Shown: positions 1-12,376 of the stretch, one piece after another
How positions within the stretch are numbered: the stretch's first letter is position 1
How the letters are laid out: every line of letters begins with the position of its first letter
Source: the human T2T-CHM13v2.0 reference genome, Homo sapiens
DNA length: 64,000 nt
NCBI RefSeq assembly: GCF_009914755.1
Contig: NC_060946.1
Strand: one strand, 5' to 3'
Translations under genes and position numbers: made by a program
Notes under the pieces: model-generated
Told to the model about the DNA's origin: nothing
Databases searched by the model: none
What the model saw: only the letters and a program-made list of their open reading frames with translations

Positions 1-385
1 GAACAAAACAAATTGACAGAGAATATCTCTAAGGAAACCCAGACATCAAACTTACCAGAGAAAGACTTTAAAACAACTCTCTTCATTATACTCAAATGTA
101 AAAAGGAAAACATAAACAAAGAAATCAAGGAATCAGAAAAAAATATTAAAAAGTAGGAATATCAACAGAGATAACAGAAATTCTGGAGTGGAAAACTACA
201 ACGATAAAAATTTAAAAATCACCAGAGGGATTTAAGAGTATATTTGCACACACAGAAGAAGACATGAGCTTGAAGATAAGAAAATGGAAAATATTGACTC
301 TGAGAAACAGATAAAAAATGAGCAGAGACTAATGAATCTGTGGGACATCATCAAATAGACCAACATTCATATTCTAGAAGGATAA
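1..385 (+). mobile_element. Old LINE-1 (L1M) ORF1-region fragment
   Basis: A-rich strand bias; motifs such as 'aaagactttaaaacaact' and 'ctaatgaatctgtgggacatcatcaa' resemble degenerate L1 ORF1. Confidence 0.5.
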
Positions 386-409
386 ATTATGTTGTTGAAA
401 ACTTTACCA

Positions 410-545
410 TTCTTTCTTTTCAACTTTCTTTCTTCCTCCCTCCCCCTCCTCCCCTTTTTACTTTTCTTCCTCTTCCTTTCTCTTCTTTCTCTCCTTCATT
501 ATCCCTTTCACTCTGTTTCTCTTTCTCCCTTTCTCTTTTCTTTCA
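410..545. repeat. CT-rich low-complexity tract
   Basis: Near-pure pyrimidine run; source of spurious ORFs 340..573 and 458..676. Confidence 0.85.
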
Positions 546-1464
546 ATTATCTCAATTACTAACAGATGTTTAAATATCCTTACCATGTGATTTGATATGG
601 TTATTTCTCCCTTTAGTTCTCTTTTGAGATTTATAGTCACTCTAAGTAAAGAGATAACCCCAAACATAAGCCTCACAAACAGGCTTGCATACCATTCTTA
701 ATTTGGTCCTGTAATTCTTCATTGCTCTATTAACTTTCTGATGCTTTTAAGGATGTTTTATAACAAATTGTTTAGTTTTTTCCAATGGAATGTTTATTCT
801 GAATTATCTAATTCATATTGTAAGTATAGAGGGAGTTTAATATAAAATTATTAAACTGACATTTGTGAAAGAATGTATTTGTGCATTTAACAAATATGTT
901 AATCTTCAGACTGTTATTGGGCAGCTGAGCATACAGCAATAAAAATAACATAATTTTTATGTGTACAATATTTATGGAATACGTTACTGGAACAAATAAA
1001 TAATTTAGTTAATAGCATGACAAAGAACAGAAATTGTATACACTATAGAGCATAGTAATGGAATAATGAGTGATTAAAGTTATTAATATTAGGTAGAAAA
1101 TGAAGGGTATCTTTGAGAGCAAAATTCAAGGAAGCAAGCAATTCGCCTTATGAGGAAAGAGTTACCTGTGGATAAAGGAGAAACTGAAAAATTTACAAGT
1201 CAAGACTTTTTGAGCAAAAACAAAAATATGACTATTAGTCACCAATTCAGTACAGTGAAAAAAATTTGAAGAGATATCTTGGAACTAAACCATGCTGTTG
1301 AAGAGCATGTAGGGTTTTGATAATCATGGGATGATTCTGAATTAATTTTAAATGCGATAGGAATACATAAGATAATTTCACCAGAGAATAACATGATTGT
1401 GTTTACATTTCAAAGGGGTGTATCTGGTGTACTGTGTAGAATAAACAGGTTATGTGAGCAAATA

Positions 1465-1680
1465 AATTGGGAGGCTACTGTAATCCAGAGAAAAAAGGTA
1501 GTGACTTAGGTGAGAATGCTGTCAGGATGAGTGGTATTAGTGGTGAGAAGTTGTTAGGCCATGGATGTATTTCAGAGGACTGGCCAAGAGAACTGCAGCT
1601 AAATTGGAGTGTAGGGAGTGAAATGGAGAACTCAAAGATGACTCTCAGCACTGGAAGGTGACAGCTGTCACTGAATCATG
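1465..1680 (-). mobile_element. L2 LINE fragment
   Basis: 'gggaggctactgtaatccag...agtggtgagaag...ctcaaagatgactc...ctggaaggtg' follows the antisense L2 pattern. Confidence 0.6.
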
Positions 1681-4064
1681 CTGATGCCTCTCATTAAGAG
1701 AGTTACTTGGGAATGGTAAGCTCAAAACTTCTCACTTTCAAATTTATGAAAAATATTGTTTTCAGAACGAATGACTTTGGGATCAGAAAGTCACCGTTCT
1801 AATTGATGGTTCCACGACTACACGGGCTCACACTCCCAAGAGCAAAAGTAAATCATCACAAAGGTGCTTCCTGATAATTCTAGAGAATGGAGAATTACTG
1901 TAACATCTTTCTGATTTTAGGAGAGGCAGCAGTTCCCTTTTTAGCCTAAACGCTATTTTTTTTTAAAGCTCAGCCAAGAGACTCCATTATAATTTTCAAA
2001 TGTGTGTAACTTAAATTCTCATATGAAATACCACTATGCTTAAATTAGTCAAAACATTTTCCCCATCTACAACTCTATCTTGTCATTGCAATCATTTTCA
2101 CAAAAGTGACTGCAGCTCACAGACCCTAAAAGGAGAAAATCCAGGGTAGGTTATCTGATCTAGTTAGTTTGGAAGACAGGATCTAGAGATTATTTAATAT
2201 GAAATAGGTCACCTGAAATGAAGTGTTTACTGAAAACAGCTTGGATCAGCCCAGTGTTCTACCACTGAACCATGCATTTGCTTTAAAAAACACAAGAACT
2301 CTGGGGAATATCAGTTGCTTCCAACTGTGTTGAAGGTGTTAAAGAAAAGAGCATAAAATTTAAAATGATCATCTGAGGTCTTTATAGTCTCTGCTCAAGA
2401 GACTAGAATCTTCCATTCTTAACGAAACACCCAAATATCTTAATAATTGGGCAAAATCTAAATATCAGAGAGATAATTTTATCTTGAAGATTGTTAAATT
2501 ATAATGGTGATTCACTACCTTGCCACGTCTCTGACTCAAAAATTAGGTCTTTGTTTAGGAATCAGTGGTACTCTGCAACTTGGAAATAGGAAGATTTTAG
2601 AAGACTCAAACATTGACTTTCTTGTGTGCAAAAAAAAGACGCATTGAGATAAGACAAGTCTTTCCTTGCAAGGATACCGCTAATGCTCATACACCACCTC
2701 CCCTAACATTAATATAGCTTCCAGGTCACTAACCAGTGTCAGAGAGCAGCCCATATAACTAGAAATTCAAAAGATGTCGAACACAGGGTCAAGCCTAGAA
2801 TAAGAAGTCTTAGCTAATAAAGTATGCTTTTTTCCCCAAATTCATATTAACAAAAACTTGGATATGTCAGAGAATGCATTCTAAGTTCACTCAACCTAGA
2901 AGGGAGAAACATAATTTTAAATTAAGAGCTGAAGCATTCTTCTCCTAACAGAAAGCAAGGAAAATGAAATATCACACCACAGGAGGGATTTCACAAATTA
3001 GTGTCAACATCAAAACCTTAAAATAGGCAAGGAGAATGCAGATTCACAATGAACTCTTGTACTTGTTTTGTTCAGAGAAGAGATGGTTCTGAGAGAATGA
3101 CAGTGAACTAACCCCAGCTGGTTTAGTTGGTGCTTTCAACTGCTGCTTCTGATCAACTCCTTTAGCTAGAATAAATTGATGAGGATTTTGGCATGTGGTA
3201 TTACAGATGGTTATTAATTTTTTCCTCTTATTTGCATTGTTCAATGTAGTAAATACTAGCTGTATATGGCTACTTCAATTCAAATTAATTACAATGAAAT
3301 ATACTTCAATATTGAATTTTTTAGTCACTGTTGGTTCATTATTGAATATCTTCAGCTAAGATTTCCCATCTAAATACACTAAGAGGTGGCTTAGTTAACT
3401 GGTCGTCCACAAATATTGAAGCTGTTGTTAACTCCTGATATATTCTCTGCAAAGAGAATATTCATGAGCCTCCTCCTGAAATCAGCAGCCTAGAGATAGT
3501 TTTATAAATTGGATACAAGTTGGAAATCTATATACTCTTTAAGTTATTGAAATATTAGCTTCCCAGGGAAGAAAATCAAATTCATAAGATATGTTAGGAC
3601 AATTTAACTCAAGATGTTCAAAACTGAAATGACATTTTCTACAATATGTGATAAAACCACCCTCTAACAACTTAAAGCAAAACAGGGATTGACCTTAAAG
3701 ACCTGCCTTTTCCTCATCCCCCAGCCAGTTTTCAAATCTTGCATTTTATTTTGAAAGGTCCTTATCCCCCTGGTCTCTTGTTTCTAGACTTGGCACATAT
3801 TTAAGTTTGTTATCTCTATCTACTGACTTTTCTCTCTTCAAACAGTATCTATGCCTGCCAAATGTGAACATACAAAAAACAAATCAGAATGTGCCATTGT
3901 GATTTAAACTGCTTATTAGTTAATACCCTCAAGGTAACATCTGGGTTCTTAGCTGCAATGAGTGAAGCCTACTTACATCCTTTTTTGTCTTTGGCTGCAC
4001 ATTTCCTATCACATCACACTCCAGCAATGCCAAGCTGTGCCAGCCTTCTACCCCATCTCCACTA

Positions 4065-4247
4065 TTTTGCCGCCCGCTGCCGCGGCTTTTTGCCCCCCAC
4101 CCTGCCTCAGCTTTTTGCCCGCCACGGCTTTTTGACCCCTCGGCGCTGCGAATTTTGTTGCCGCGGCTTTTTGCTCGCCCTGGGTTTTTGCCCCCTAGTC
4201 GCCATGGGTTTTTGCCCCCCACCACTGTGGCTTTTTGTCCCATGGCC
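4065..4247. repeat. GC-rich GCTTTTTGC (CAAAAAG-type) pericentromeric repeat, degenerate
   Basis: About 8 imperfect units such as 'ccgcggctttttgcccc', 'cagctttttgccc', 'cggctttttgacc'; CpG-rich island within AT-rich DNA. Confidence 0.85.
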
Positions 4248-4812
4248 ATCCTCAGAAGCTTGAGTGGAACAGAGTGAAGAGAAAGATATTTTCTTCTAAA
4301 GCTCAAAAATATTGGACTTTCAAATAGGGATAAGTGTTATTTTTGCTCCAAGCACACATTTGAGACATCTTCCATTTAGCGGATCTGATGATAAACCCAC
4401 ATTTTTTGTTTTAATCTGAAAATGTATTTGTATGGTTCTTGGAAATATTTTTTTGCATATAAAATTGTATTTTATCAGCTTATTTCAAGTTTTATTTACC
4501 ATTTGATGATTACTCCTAAAATGTCATTGATTAAAGAAAGAATCATCTATTGCTCCAACTGTTCTTTACTAAAGGTAATTTTCTTCTTAACCTCATCAGG
4601 CTCCTTTTAAGCTCTCAAACTGACCTTATTTTTTTTACAGATTCAATGCATTAAGTCAATTTATTATTTATGATGAATTTATTTATGTATTTATTTTCAC
4701 TATCACAAGTAGAAAAAGCCTGTAAGTTGCTATGCCAAAAAGCTGCCTCTAGATGGCAAACAAACCCCACAATACACAAAAGAGAGCCAAATTCTTAGAA
4801 ACCCTGGGAAAG

Positions 4813-5120
<308 letters not shown>

Positions 5121-6163
5121 GAAACCCTGGGAAAGGAAGAGGGCTACTGTCCCATTGACAACTTGGAGCCCTTAAGGCAAGAATGAGGTGGAACATCTGG
5201 AACATCTAGGAGGAGACACCAGGGTGCAGAGTAGTGGGGAACCTGCTCTGTGCTCTGAGACTGAAAGCCCAGCCTTGCCTCTCACCGCTGCCTTGACTGT
5301 GTCCCCATGTGCTGTGAAGTGAATGGTGTCTTCTAAATTCATGCTGAGCCCTAATTGCTGAAAAGGGTAAGACATGCAATGGGGGGATTATGTGCATCTT
5401 CCCAACACCAACATGATGCTCAGGAAGGAGACTTCTTGTTTTCTCTTAGGATTCTTTTACTAACCAAGATTTTGCCTCTACTGCATATTTCCCTTTGCTG
5501 ATTGTCCCTCCCTTTTGACAGAAGATGGCCCAGGGCATTCACTACTAAGTCTCAACCTCTTACCCAAAGCCCTCAGTCTAGTGTTGCTCTTTCCTTCATG
5601 CTATTTTTGTTTGTTTCTTTTCTTGTAATCATCTTGGCAATAAAATAATCAGTTTTTTCTTTCTACCTATTAAAGATGTTACCTTAGCTAATTACAGTGG
5701 TTTCCTTCAGAATGATAGTCTTTCAAAATGATGTAAAGAGATCTAAATCCGTGTGCTCCAGAAGTTGAAAGAAGCTCTGTCTAGCACAGGTGCCAGTGAC
5801 TCTCCCAGAGTGCTCCATGCAGCTGGCCCCACAGAGTCCCTCTGTGCTGTCATATCACCCACTGCCTTCTGTGAATGAGATATTCTGATTGGAATCCTGG
5901 TGGATGCTATTTGAGCCAGTGCCCCCACAACTCCTATGAAAGCCGAGGACAACAGGCCCCTGAAGACAATCACAGGTCTCTAGACTCACAGCTCATGACC
6001 GTCCTCTGCAGACACAGATTCTCCCCGGATGGCTGAGGGTAGTCATTGGCTGTGTCCTTCCTTGTGCATGACAACAGGAGACATAGAAGGTCTGTAAGCA
6101 GCCCTGCAAGCCAGGTTCTGAGCAAGCCCTCCTGTGTGGGGCCCTCTTACCTGGACATAGGTG

Positions 6164-7010
6164 AGTAAACCAAAAATGAAACTCTAAGCTCCTAACCAAC
6201 TGAATGAACTCCTCCTCTCAGCCAAGGACACACCAAAATCAACCTGAAATACAATGCAGTCCATGATCGGAACGGATGATTGGATATGCCTGAACTTACC
6301 CTCTTCCCTTTAAAATTCAGGCACAACTGACCAGCTTTTAATATGAAGACAGAGACCTTGAGACTGACAAAGAAAACTCTTTATAGCAATAAGATACCAA
6401 TGTGACAGATACCACGTCCTAAGAGAAATCAAAGTATTTTCCCCAAGATATTGTTATTTAATGTATTTAAAAATGCCTCTGCAAAGCTGGTTCTTGTGGG
6501 AAAAATCTACTTCCTGTAGAGATTCCTTTTTAAGTCTCTTTCCTGACCCAGAGAGATTTAACTAAGAGTTTGGCACCTTTTAAGTCTACTAAGAAACAAT
6601 TACAATCTATTCTCTCTGAAGCCTGCTACCTGGAGGCTTCATCTGCATGATGCAACCTTGGCTCCAAAACCCTTTTTCTAAACCAGAAACTCCCTTGTGT
6701 TGATTACAGTTCATTAGATAAACGCTTTCAACCACCTATGAAATCTTTGAATCCACCTATGACCTGGAAGTCCCCAACATCCCCCCTCCTTTGGGCTGTC
6801 CTGTCTTTCCATATCAAAGCAATGTACAGCTTACACGTATTGATTGATATCTTATGTCTCCCTAAAACGTGTAAAACCAACCTGTAGTCCGACGACCTTT
6901 GACACACGTTCTCAAGACCTCCTGAGGCTGTTTCACTGATATTTCTTTAACTTTGACCAAATAAATTTCTAAACTGATTGAGACTTTTCTCAGATACTTA
7001 TTTGTTTATA
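6164..7010 (+). mobile_element. MER4-group (ERV1) solo LTR
   Basis: Starts 'gtaaaccaaaaatgaaactctaagc...ccaactgaatg' and ends 'aaataaatttctaaactgattgagac...cagatacttatttgtttata'. Confidence 0.7.
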
Positions 7011-7165
7011 GGTATCACTGGATACACTTAAGGAATTGAAGAGATTTATGACATTGAGAAAAGGAGGAAGCCAGGGTGTGTGGAGAGAGAGAGAGAGAGA
7101 GAGGGAAAGAGAGAGAGATTGTGATGTATGTACAGGACTAACACTGAGACCTGGTTATGTAATGG

Positions 7166-7626
7166 TGTAGTACTGAGTATCATCCCCAAATAGTGAGGTT
7201 TCATTCCAGGAAGACTATGCATGTATCTCATTTGGGAAAACAGCTTTTGCAGGTGTAAATTAAGGAGCTTGAAACAGGGAGATATTCTTAGATTAATCAA
7301 CTGGGACTTAAATGCAAACTCAAGTGTCCTAAAAAAAACAAGAGGTAGAGAGACATTTAGCATAGACTGAAGTGGAGAAGGCAATGTGAACACAGAGACA
7401 GATTGCAGTGATGTGTCCACATCCCGGGAGAGAGAAGCCACCAGAAGCTGGAAGAGCTAAATCAGACTGCTCCCTAGAGCTTCAGAAGGAGCCAGAACTG
7501 ATGACTCCAAGATCTTAGCCCAGTGAAACTGATCTGGACTTCTGAACTATGAGAGATTACATTCCTGTTGTTTGAAGCTACCACATTTTTGAGAACTTGT
7601 TACAGTAGCCCGAGGACACTAACACA
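7166..7626 (+). mobile_element. MLT1 (MaLR) LTR
   Basis: 'ccaccagaagctggaagag...ccctagagcttcagaagga...tttgaagctaccaca...ttgttacagtagcc...actaacaca'. Confidence 0.8.
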
Positions 7627-7979
7627 AATGGGGCTCCGGGAAAATCCAGACTAAAGGTGTTGTGTTGGTTTGCAATCTCCTTGCTTAACTTTCTGATACT
7701 AGACATAAATAGATTGGTGAAAAATTTTGTGATTGAAGAAATGTACGTGAAACCTACAGTGTACAGAGAAGCATCTGTTAGTTATAAGATAAATATTGAT
7801 AATTTTAGTTGAAAATGACATATGACTGTTAATATCTCACATAACATTCTGAGTTACTCAAGAATGCATAAAAGGGGCACTAGATACTCTTCTCATGTAT
7901 GTGTCTGTGCCTGTCTATACATGTATGTACACTTCATGGTGCATCAGCTGGCGGAACCCTCAGGACACCCCTTCACATC

Positions 7980-8110
7980 CTCAGTACCCCGTTTCACACA
8001 TGAGGAAACTGTTCATGACAGCACATGGCTGATTTGCATAAAAGTCACTTGGTCAGCAGTTGTTGAAGCTGAACTTGGAATCTAGGTCTGTCTGACCTTA
8101 ACTATGTTCC
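7980..8110 (-). mobile_element. MIR fragment
   Basis: MIR core-like 'atgaggaaactg...aaagtcac...ggaatctaggtctgtctgac'. Confidence 0.6.
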
Positions 8111-8415
8111 TTCCACAGAGCCACGTTCATTCCATAGAGGAACCCACCACCTATAAAACCAGGAAAGAGACAAAGCCAGAAGTGCAGGGTGGATTTCTTA
8201 ACACAAGCTCACTGCGACCTCTAGTCCTCATCACGCTGACACTAAGCTTAAACCCAGACCCTTCTACAGTTTTGTCTACAAAGCACAATTTGCCCAAAGC
8301 CTTTACAAACACCAACAGCCTTTCTTTCAGATATGGCAGCAGGGTCACATCTTACACGGCCCTGACCACATTTTGTCTCCTCTGCCATCCCCATCTCTCT
8401 GACTCAGTCCTCGCT

Positions 8416-8772
8416 TGCAGCCATAAAAAAGGATGAGTTCATGTCCTTTGTAGGGACATGGATGAAGCTGGAAACCATCATTTTCAGCAAACTATCGCAA
8501 GGACAAAAAAACCAATCACTGCATGTTCTCACTCACAGGTGGGAATTGAACAATGAGAACATATGGACACAGGAAGGGGAACATCACACACCAGGGCCTG
8601 TCGTGGGGTGGGGTGAGGGGGGAGGGATAGCATTAGGAGGTATACCTAATGTAAATGACGAGTTAATGGGTGCAGCACACCAACATGGCACATGTATACA
8701 TATGTAACAAACCTGCACGTTGTGCACATGTACCCTAGAACTTAAAGAACAATAATAATAATAATAATAATA
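8416..8772 (+). mobile_element. 5'-truncated L1PA (about PA4/PA5) 3' end
   Basis: ORF2 C-terminus ([14 protein letters not shown]) plus 3' UTR 'atacctaatgtaaatgacgagttaatgggtgcagcacaccaacatgg' and an (AAT)n tail. Confidence 0.92.
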
Positions 8773-9077
8773 AAGGATGAGTCTTGTACATCTAATTTGC
8801 CCCACAAATGTTAAAACAGCAAACCCGCATCCCCTTCCTCTTCTCATGTGCTGTGAGGGATGACCTCCAGGCTCTCAGATACCAAGATTATACAAGACCT
8901 AACCCAGAGAATTACTCAAGGCACTTTCTACGTAAGAAGAATTGTGGTGCTAGCTCTCCTCATAGAAAAATGTTTTCTGTCTCTTCTTGAAATTGACAGC
9001 AAACACAAAAACACAGAACTATTTGGGAGAACAGTGGACAGTGATACACTAGGGAAGTAAAACACACCCCTTCCCCT

Positions 9078-9538
9078 TGCATTGGTTTCCTGTTGCTGCT
9101 GTAACAAATTACCACAACCTTACTGCTACACATAATACAACTGTATTACCTTACATTTCTGGAGGTCAGAAGTCTCAATGAAGTAAAATCAAGGAGTAAT
9201 AGGGCTCTATTCAGTCTAGGCTTCAAGAGAGAGAATCCAATATCGAGCATTCCATCTTTCTGATGTTCCCACATTCCTAGCAGCATGGCCCCTACCTCCA
9301 TCACTCCGGTTTCCCTGTCCGTTGTCCCAGGTCCTCTCTGGCTGTTACCTTCCTCCCTCCCTATTGTAAGGACCCTTGTGATTATGATGGTCTCACCCAG
9401 ATAATTCAGGATACTCTCCTGACCCCAAAATTCTCAACCATGTCTGCCAAGTTATTTTTGACATATTCATAAGTAATGATCATAGATTCCAGATATTAGG
9501 ACAATGATGTCTTTAGTGGGTGTATTATTTATTCCACA
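9078..9538 (-). mobile_element. MLT1 (MaLR) LTR
   Basis: 'ttgctgctgtaacaaattaccacaa...tctggaggtcagaagtc...aaggacccttgtgattat...cacccagataattcagga'. Confidence 0.8.
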
Positions 9539-9907
9539 AACAACTCTCATCATCCACACAATGGTCTTCCCCTAAGGTAGAATAAAAATATCACAAGGCA
9601 GATTTATGAGGCGATCGACCTATAAAAAACCTGAGACTCTAGGACTGTCTGATGTGTGGATGTCAAATCCTGGGAGATTCTGAGTCTCTGCTCTATGTGG
9701 ACTCTATGTTGTGTAGCCATTTGTGGAAGGCTTCTGTGATTTTGTGACCTAGAGAAAATGAATCTCTGCTAAAATCAAATCTAAGAAAGATTGGCAAAGG
9801 GAATTTAAAGATTTCCTAAATTTTTGGAATTTCCCTAGGCATTAAAACAGGAGAAGTGGCAATAATTCAAACCAATGATGCCCTCCAAGAATGAGGATTT
9901 TTCCAAT

Positions 9908-10270
9908 GCATTAGGTTGGGTCCCCTCAGTGAGAAGGATGCCAAAGATTCGCATGCAGGCAGTATATTTACAAAGTGCGGGAAACAAGCAAGTGAGCAAG
10001 GGAGGGGAGGAGGGAAAGGGAAAGTGAAAGGTGCCTCAGAAGGAGCCACCTCTGAGGATGACGAGAGCTCAAGCCCACATAGAAACACAGGAAAAATGCC
10101 TCTGTTATTCCACCTGAGAGGTGAGGGAGCTGGGGGATGTGTACACCTCCCTTGTCATCACTGATTGACAGCCGTCCTAGGGGATGCTAATTCCAGGCCA
10201 TGAGGTCTGCCTCATTTGCAGCCTGAGCTGCTTCCCCAGGTTCAGATAGAGCAGTGAAGGGGAGAAAGGG
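9908..10270 (-). mobile_element. Ancient ERVL LTR (LTR16-like)
   Basis: 'taggttgggtcccc...gagctcaagccc...gttattccacctgagaggtgagggagctgggg' resembles antisense LTR16. Confidence 0.5.
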
Positions 10271-11743
10271 CCATAGAGAGTCGGCTGAAGTATAATGACT
10301 AGAATCCCCAAGGCGTAGTAACAATGACTGCAAAAATTATGCACAAAGAAAAAGCGCATTTGAATCCAGAGATGTATCTCTCTGAATCTGGATATATGGA
10401 TCCTGGCAGCCTGTTCAGTAGCCATTTCCCAGAAATCCAGTCCTCTGGAAAAGCAGCAGGAGGTTTGTGCACAGGCTGCACTACCTTGGTCTGGCCACTG
10501 GTAGTCGTGCATGAGAACTACTCCCTGGAGTATTTCTCAGTCCACTGACACTGACGTAATTGGCTCCACTTCCCCTGCTGTTGAGCCAGGCCGACACACC
10601 CTGGACAAAGGCATCTGTGTGAAGTATTGAGGTTCAAATCAGTGCTTAAGATATGTTTGGATGCAAAATACTTTTTCATCTACATGGGCAGTGTCTTGGC
10701 AGAAGATGGAGATTCTCTCTAAATGGATGTGAGACAGGGTGGCTGGCATCTGGGTCAGGATGTTGCCCTGGTGCATGGCAAGAACATGCATTGGGCAGCA
10801 GCTGCCCTCGCCAAGGAGAGAGGTTCACTGACCTGGCTTTTCCCCCCTCACCTGCTCTCCAGAAAGCCAGACTCTAGGGCAAATGCTCCTGAGACCCCAA
10901 GAACAGGCTGGTGGGGAGCGCAGCTCAGAGCATTACTCAGGGGATGTGGCCTTTGTCATCCTACTTTGAAACAATTGACTATTTGAGCCTAGATTGATAG
11001 AGGGCTTCAAGTTGATTTTAATCCAGGCTCCTATAGTCAGCGAGTGAAACAGAGATTTTAGTTGAAATAATGAGACCTGGTATTACTAGTCAGCTCTCCA
11101 TGCTGAAGAACCATAAGAAATTATACCAAAGGCAGGAAAGGGGATAGAATATGGGGATCATCACACCAAGAATAAGGTGCAGCCCATTTAGCCCCTGGGT
11201 CTTAAAGAGACCCATAGCTCTGGATAATGGCAGATCTATGCGTGACACAGTTATCATCTTTGTGCATCTTCAGAGAATTGTTTTTCCTTTTACTCCTAGG
11301 AACAATGTCTTAAGTTTGTTAGTAAATTCTATTGAATTTATTAAAGATTCTTCTGATAAATTCTTTTTATATTCATTTCAAAAAAGAAGAAATTTCACAC
11401 TGACAGAGACATTGTTATTATAGCACTAAATACTTTTACACTCTTCAAATTCCTTTGAGACTAACTGAAATTTCTGACAGCCCCACATTCTACAACTTTA
11501 TTGTAAATTTTCTGCCAAAAATGATGCTTCCCTATACACTCCTAATACAAGTATAAATATATTATTTAATCTAGTCTTAGGTTGATTTAAAATTTTGAAA
11601 ATTCACTCCAAAAATATGTTCTGTAACCGTATGGCCACCAATGAGAAATGTATTCTTTCAAGGTAAATCTGTGCTGCCCTGGTCTGACCTGGGACTCTGG
11701 GGATACTGCGCCCCTGTGCTGAGTTACTGAAATGAGCCAGCCC

Positions 11744-11826
11744 CGCAGCTGTGCTCAGCCTGCCCCATCCCCTGCTGATTTGCCTGTTCCTAAAGCACAA
11801 CCCCCTGCCCTGAAGACTTTTTATAG
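11744..11826 (+). promoter_or_regulatory. IGKV1 promoter with mutated octamer
   Basis: Pentadecamer/E-box cgCAGCTGtgctcag (11744-11758); octamer position reads ATTTGCCT (11778-11785) instead of ATTTGCAT; TATA-like 'ttttata' near 11820. Confidence 0.85.
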
Positions 11827-11871
11827 GCTGGTCACACCCGGTGCAGGAATCAGTCCCAGTCAGGACACAGC

Positions 11872-12348
11872 ACAGACGTGAGGGCCCCCACTCAGCTCTT
11901 GGGGCTCCTGGTGCTCTGGCTGCCAGGTAAGGAAGGAGAACACTAGGATTATACTTGGTCAGTGTGCTCAGTACTGTCTGGAACTTCAGGGAAGTCCTCT
12001 GATAACATGATTAATTGCAAGAATATTTGTTTTTATGTTTCCAACTTCAGGTGCCAGATGTGACATCCAGATGACCCAGTCTCCATCCTCCCTGTCTGCA
12101 TCTGTAGGAGACAGAGTCACCATAACTTGCCGGGCGAGTCAGGGCATTAGCAATAATTTAAATTGGTATCAGCAGAAACCAGGGAAAACTCCTAAGTTCC
12201 TGATCTATGCAGCATCCAGTCTGCAAAGTGGGATTCCCTCTCGGTTCAGTGACAGTGGATCTGGGACAGATTACACTCTCACCATCAGCAGCCTGCAGCC
12301 TGAAGATTTTGCAACTTATTACTGTCAACAGAGTGACAGTACCCCTCC
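11872..12348 (+). pseudogene. IGKV1/OR: Immunoglobulin kappa variable subgroup 1 orphon (IGKV1/OR, 'Z'-type; exact paralog not determined)
   Basis: Leader exon 11872-11926 (TDVRAPTQLLGLLVLWLP; ATGGACATG changed to ACAGACGTG). GT-AG intron 11927-12050. L-part2 12051-12061. Open V exon 12062-12348 [49 protein letters not shown]...[10 protein letters not shown] with both Cys and the Trp. No J or C segment in the window. Confidence 0.96.
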
Positions 12349-12376
12349 CACAGTGTTACAAGTCATAACATAAACC
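12349..12376 (+). promoter_or_regulatory. 12-RSS recombination signal
   Basis: CACAGTG (12349-12355), 12-nt spacer TTACAAGTCATA, nonamer ACATAAACC (12368-12376; 1 mismatch to ACAAAAACC). Confidence 0.95.

Noticed and set aside
3889-4306. Overlapping 124/125-aa ORFs
   Set aside because: Open only because of the GC-rich GCTTTTTGC repeat.
5189-5207. 9-bp tandem duplication tggaacatc
   Set aside because: Ordinary slippage event with no wider structure.
12035-12373. 112-aa ORF starting at an ATG, taken as a functional gene
   Set aside because: The ATG lies in the intron polypyrimidine tract, a common IGKV1 feature; the true leader starts are mutated and there is no J or C.
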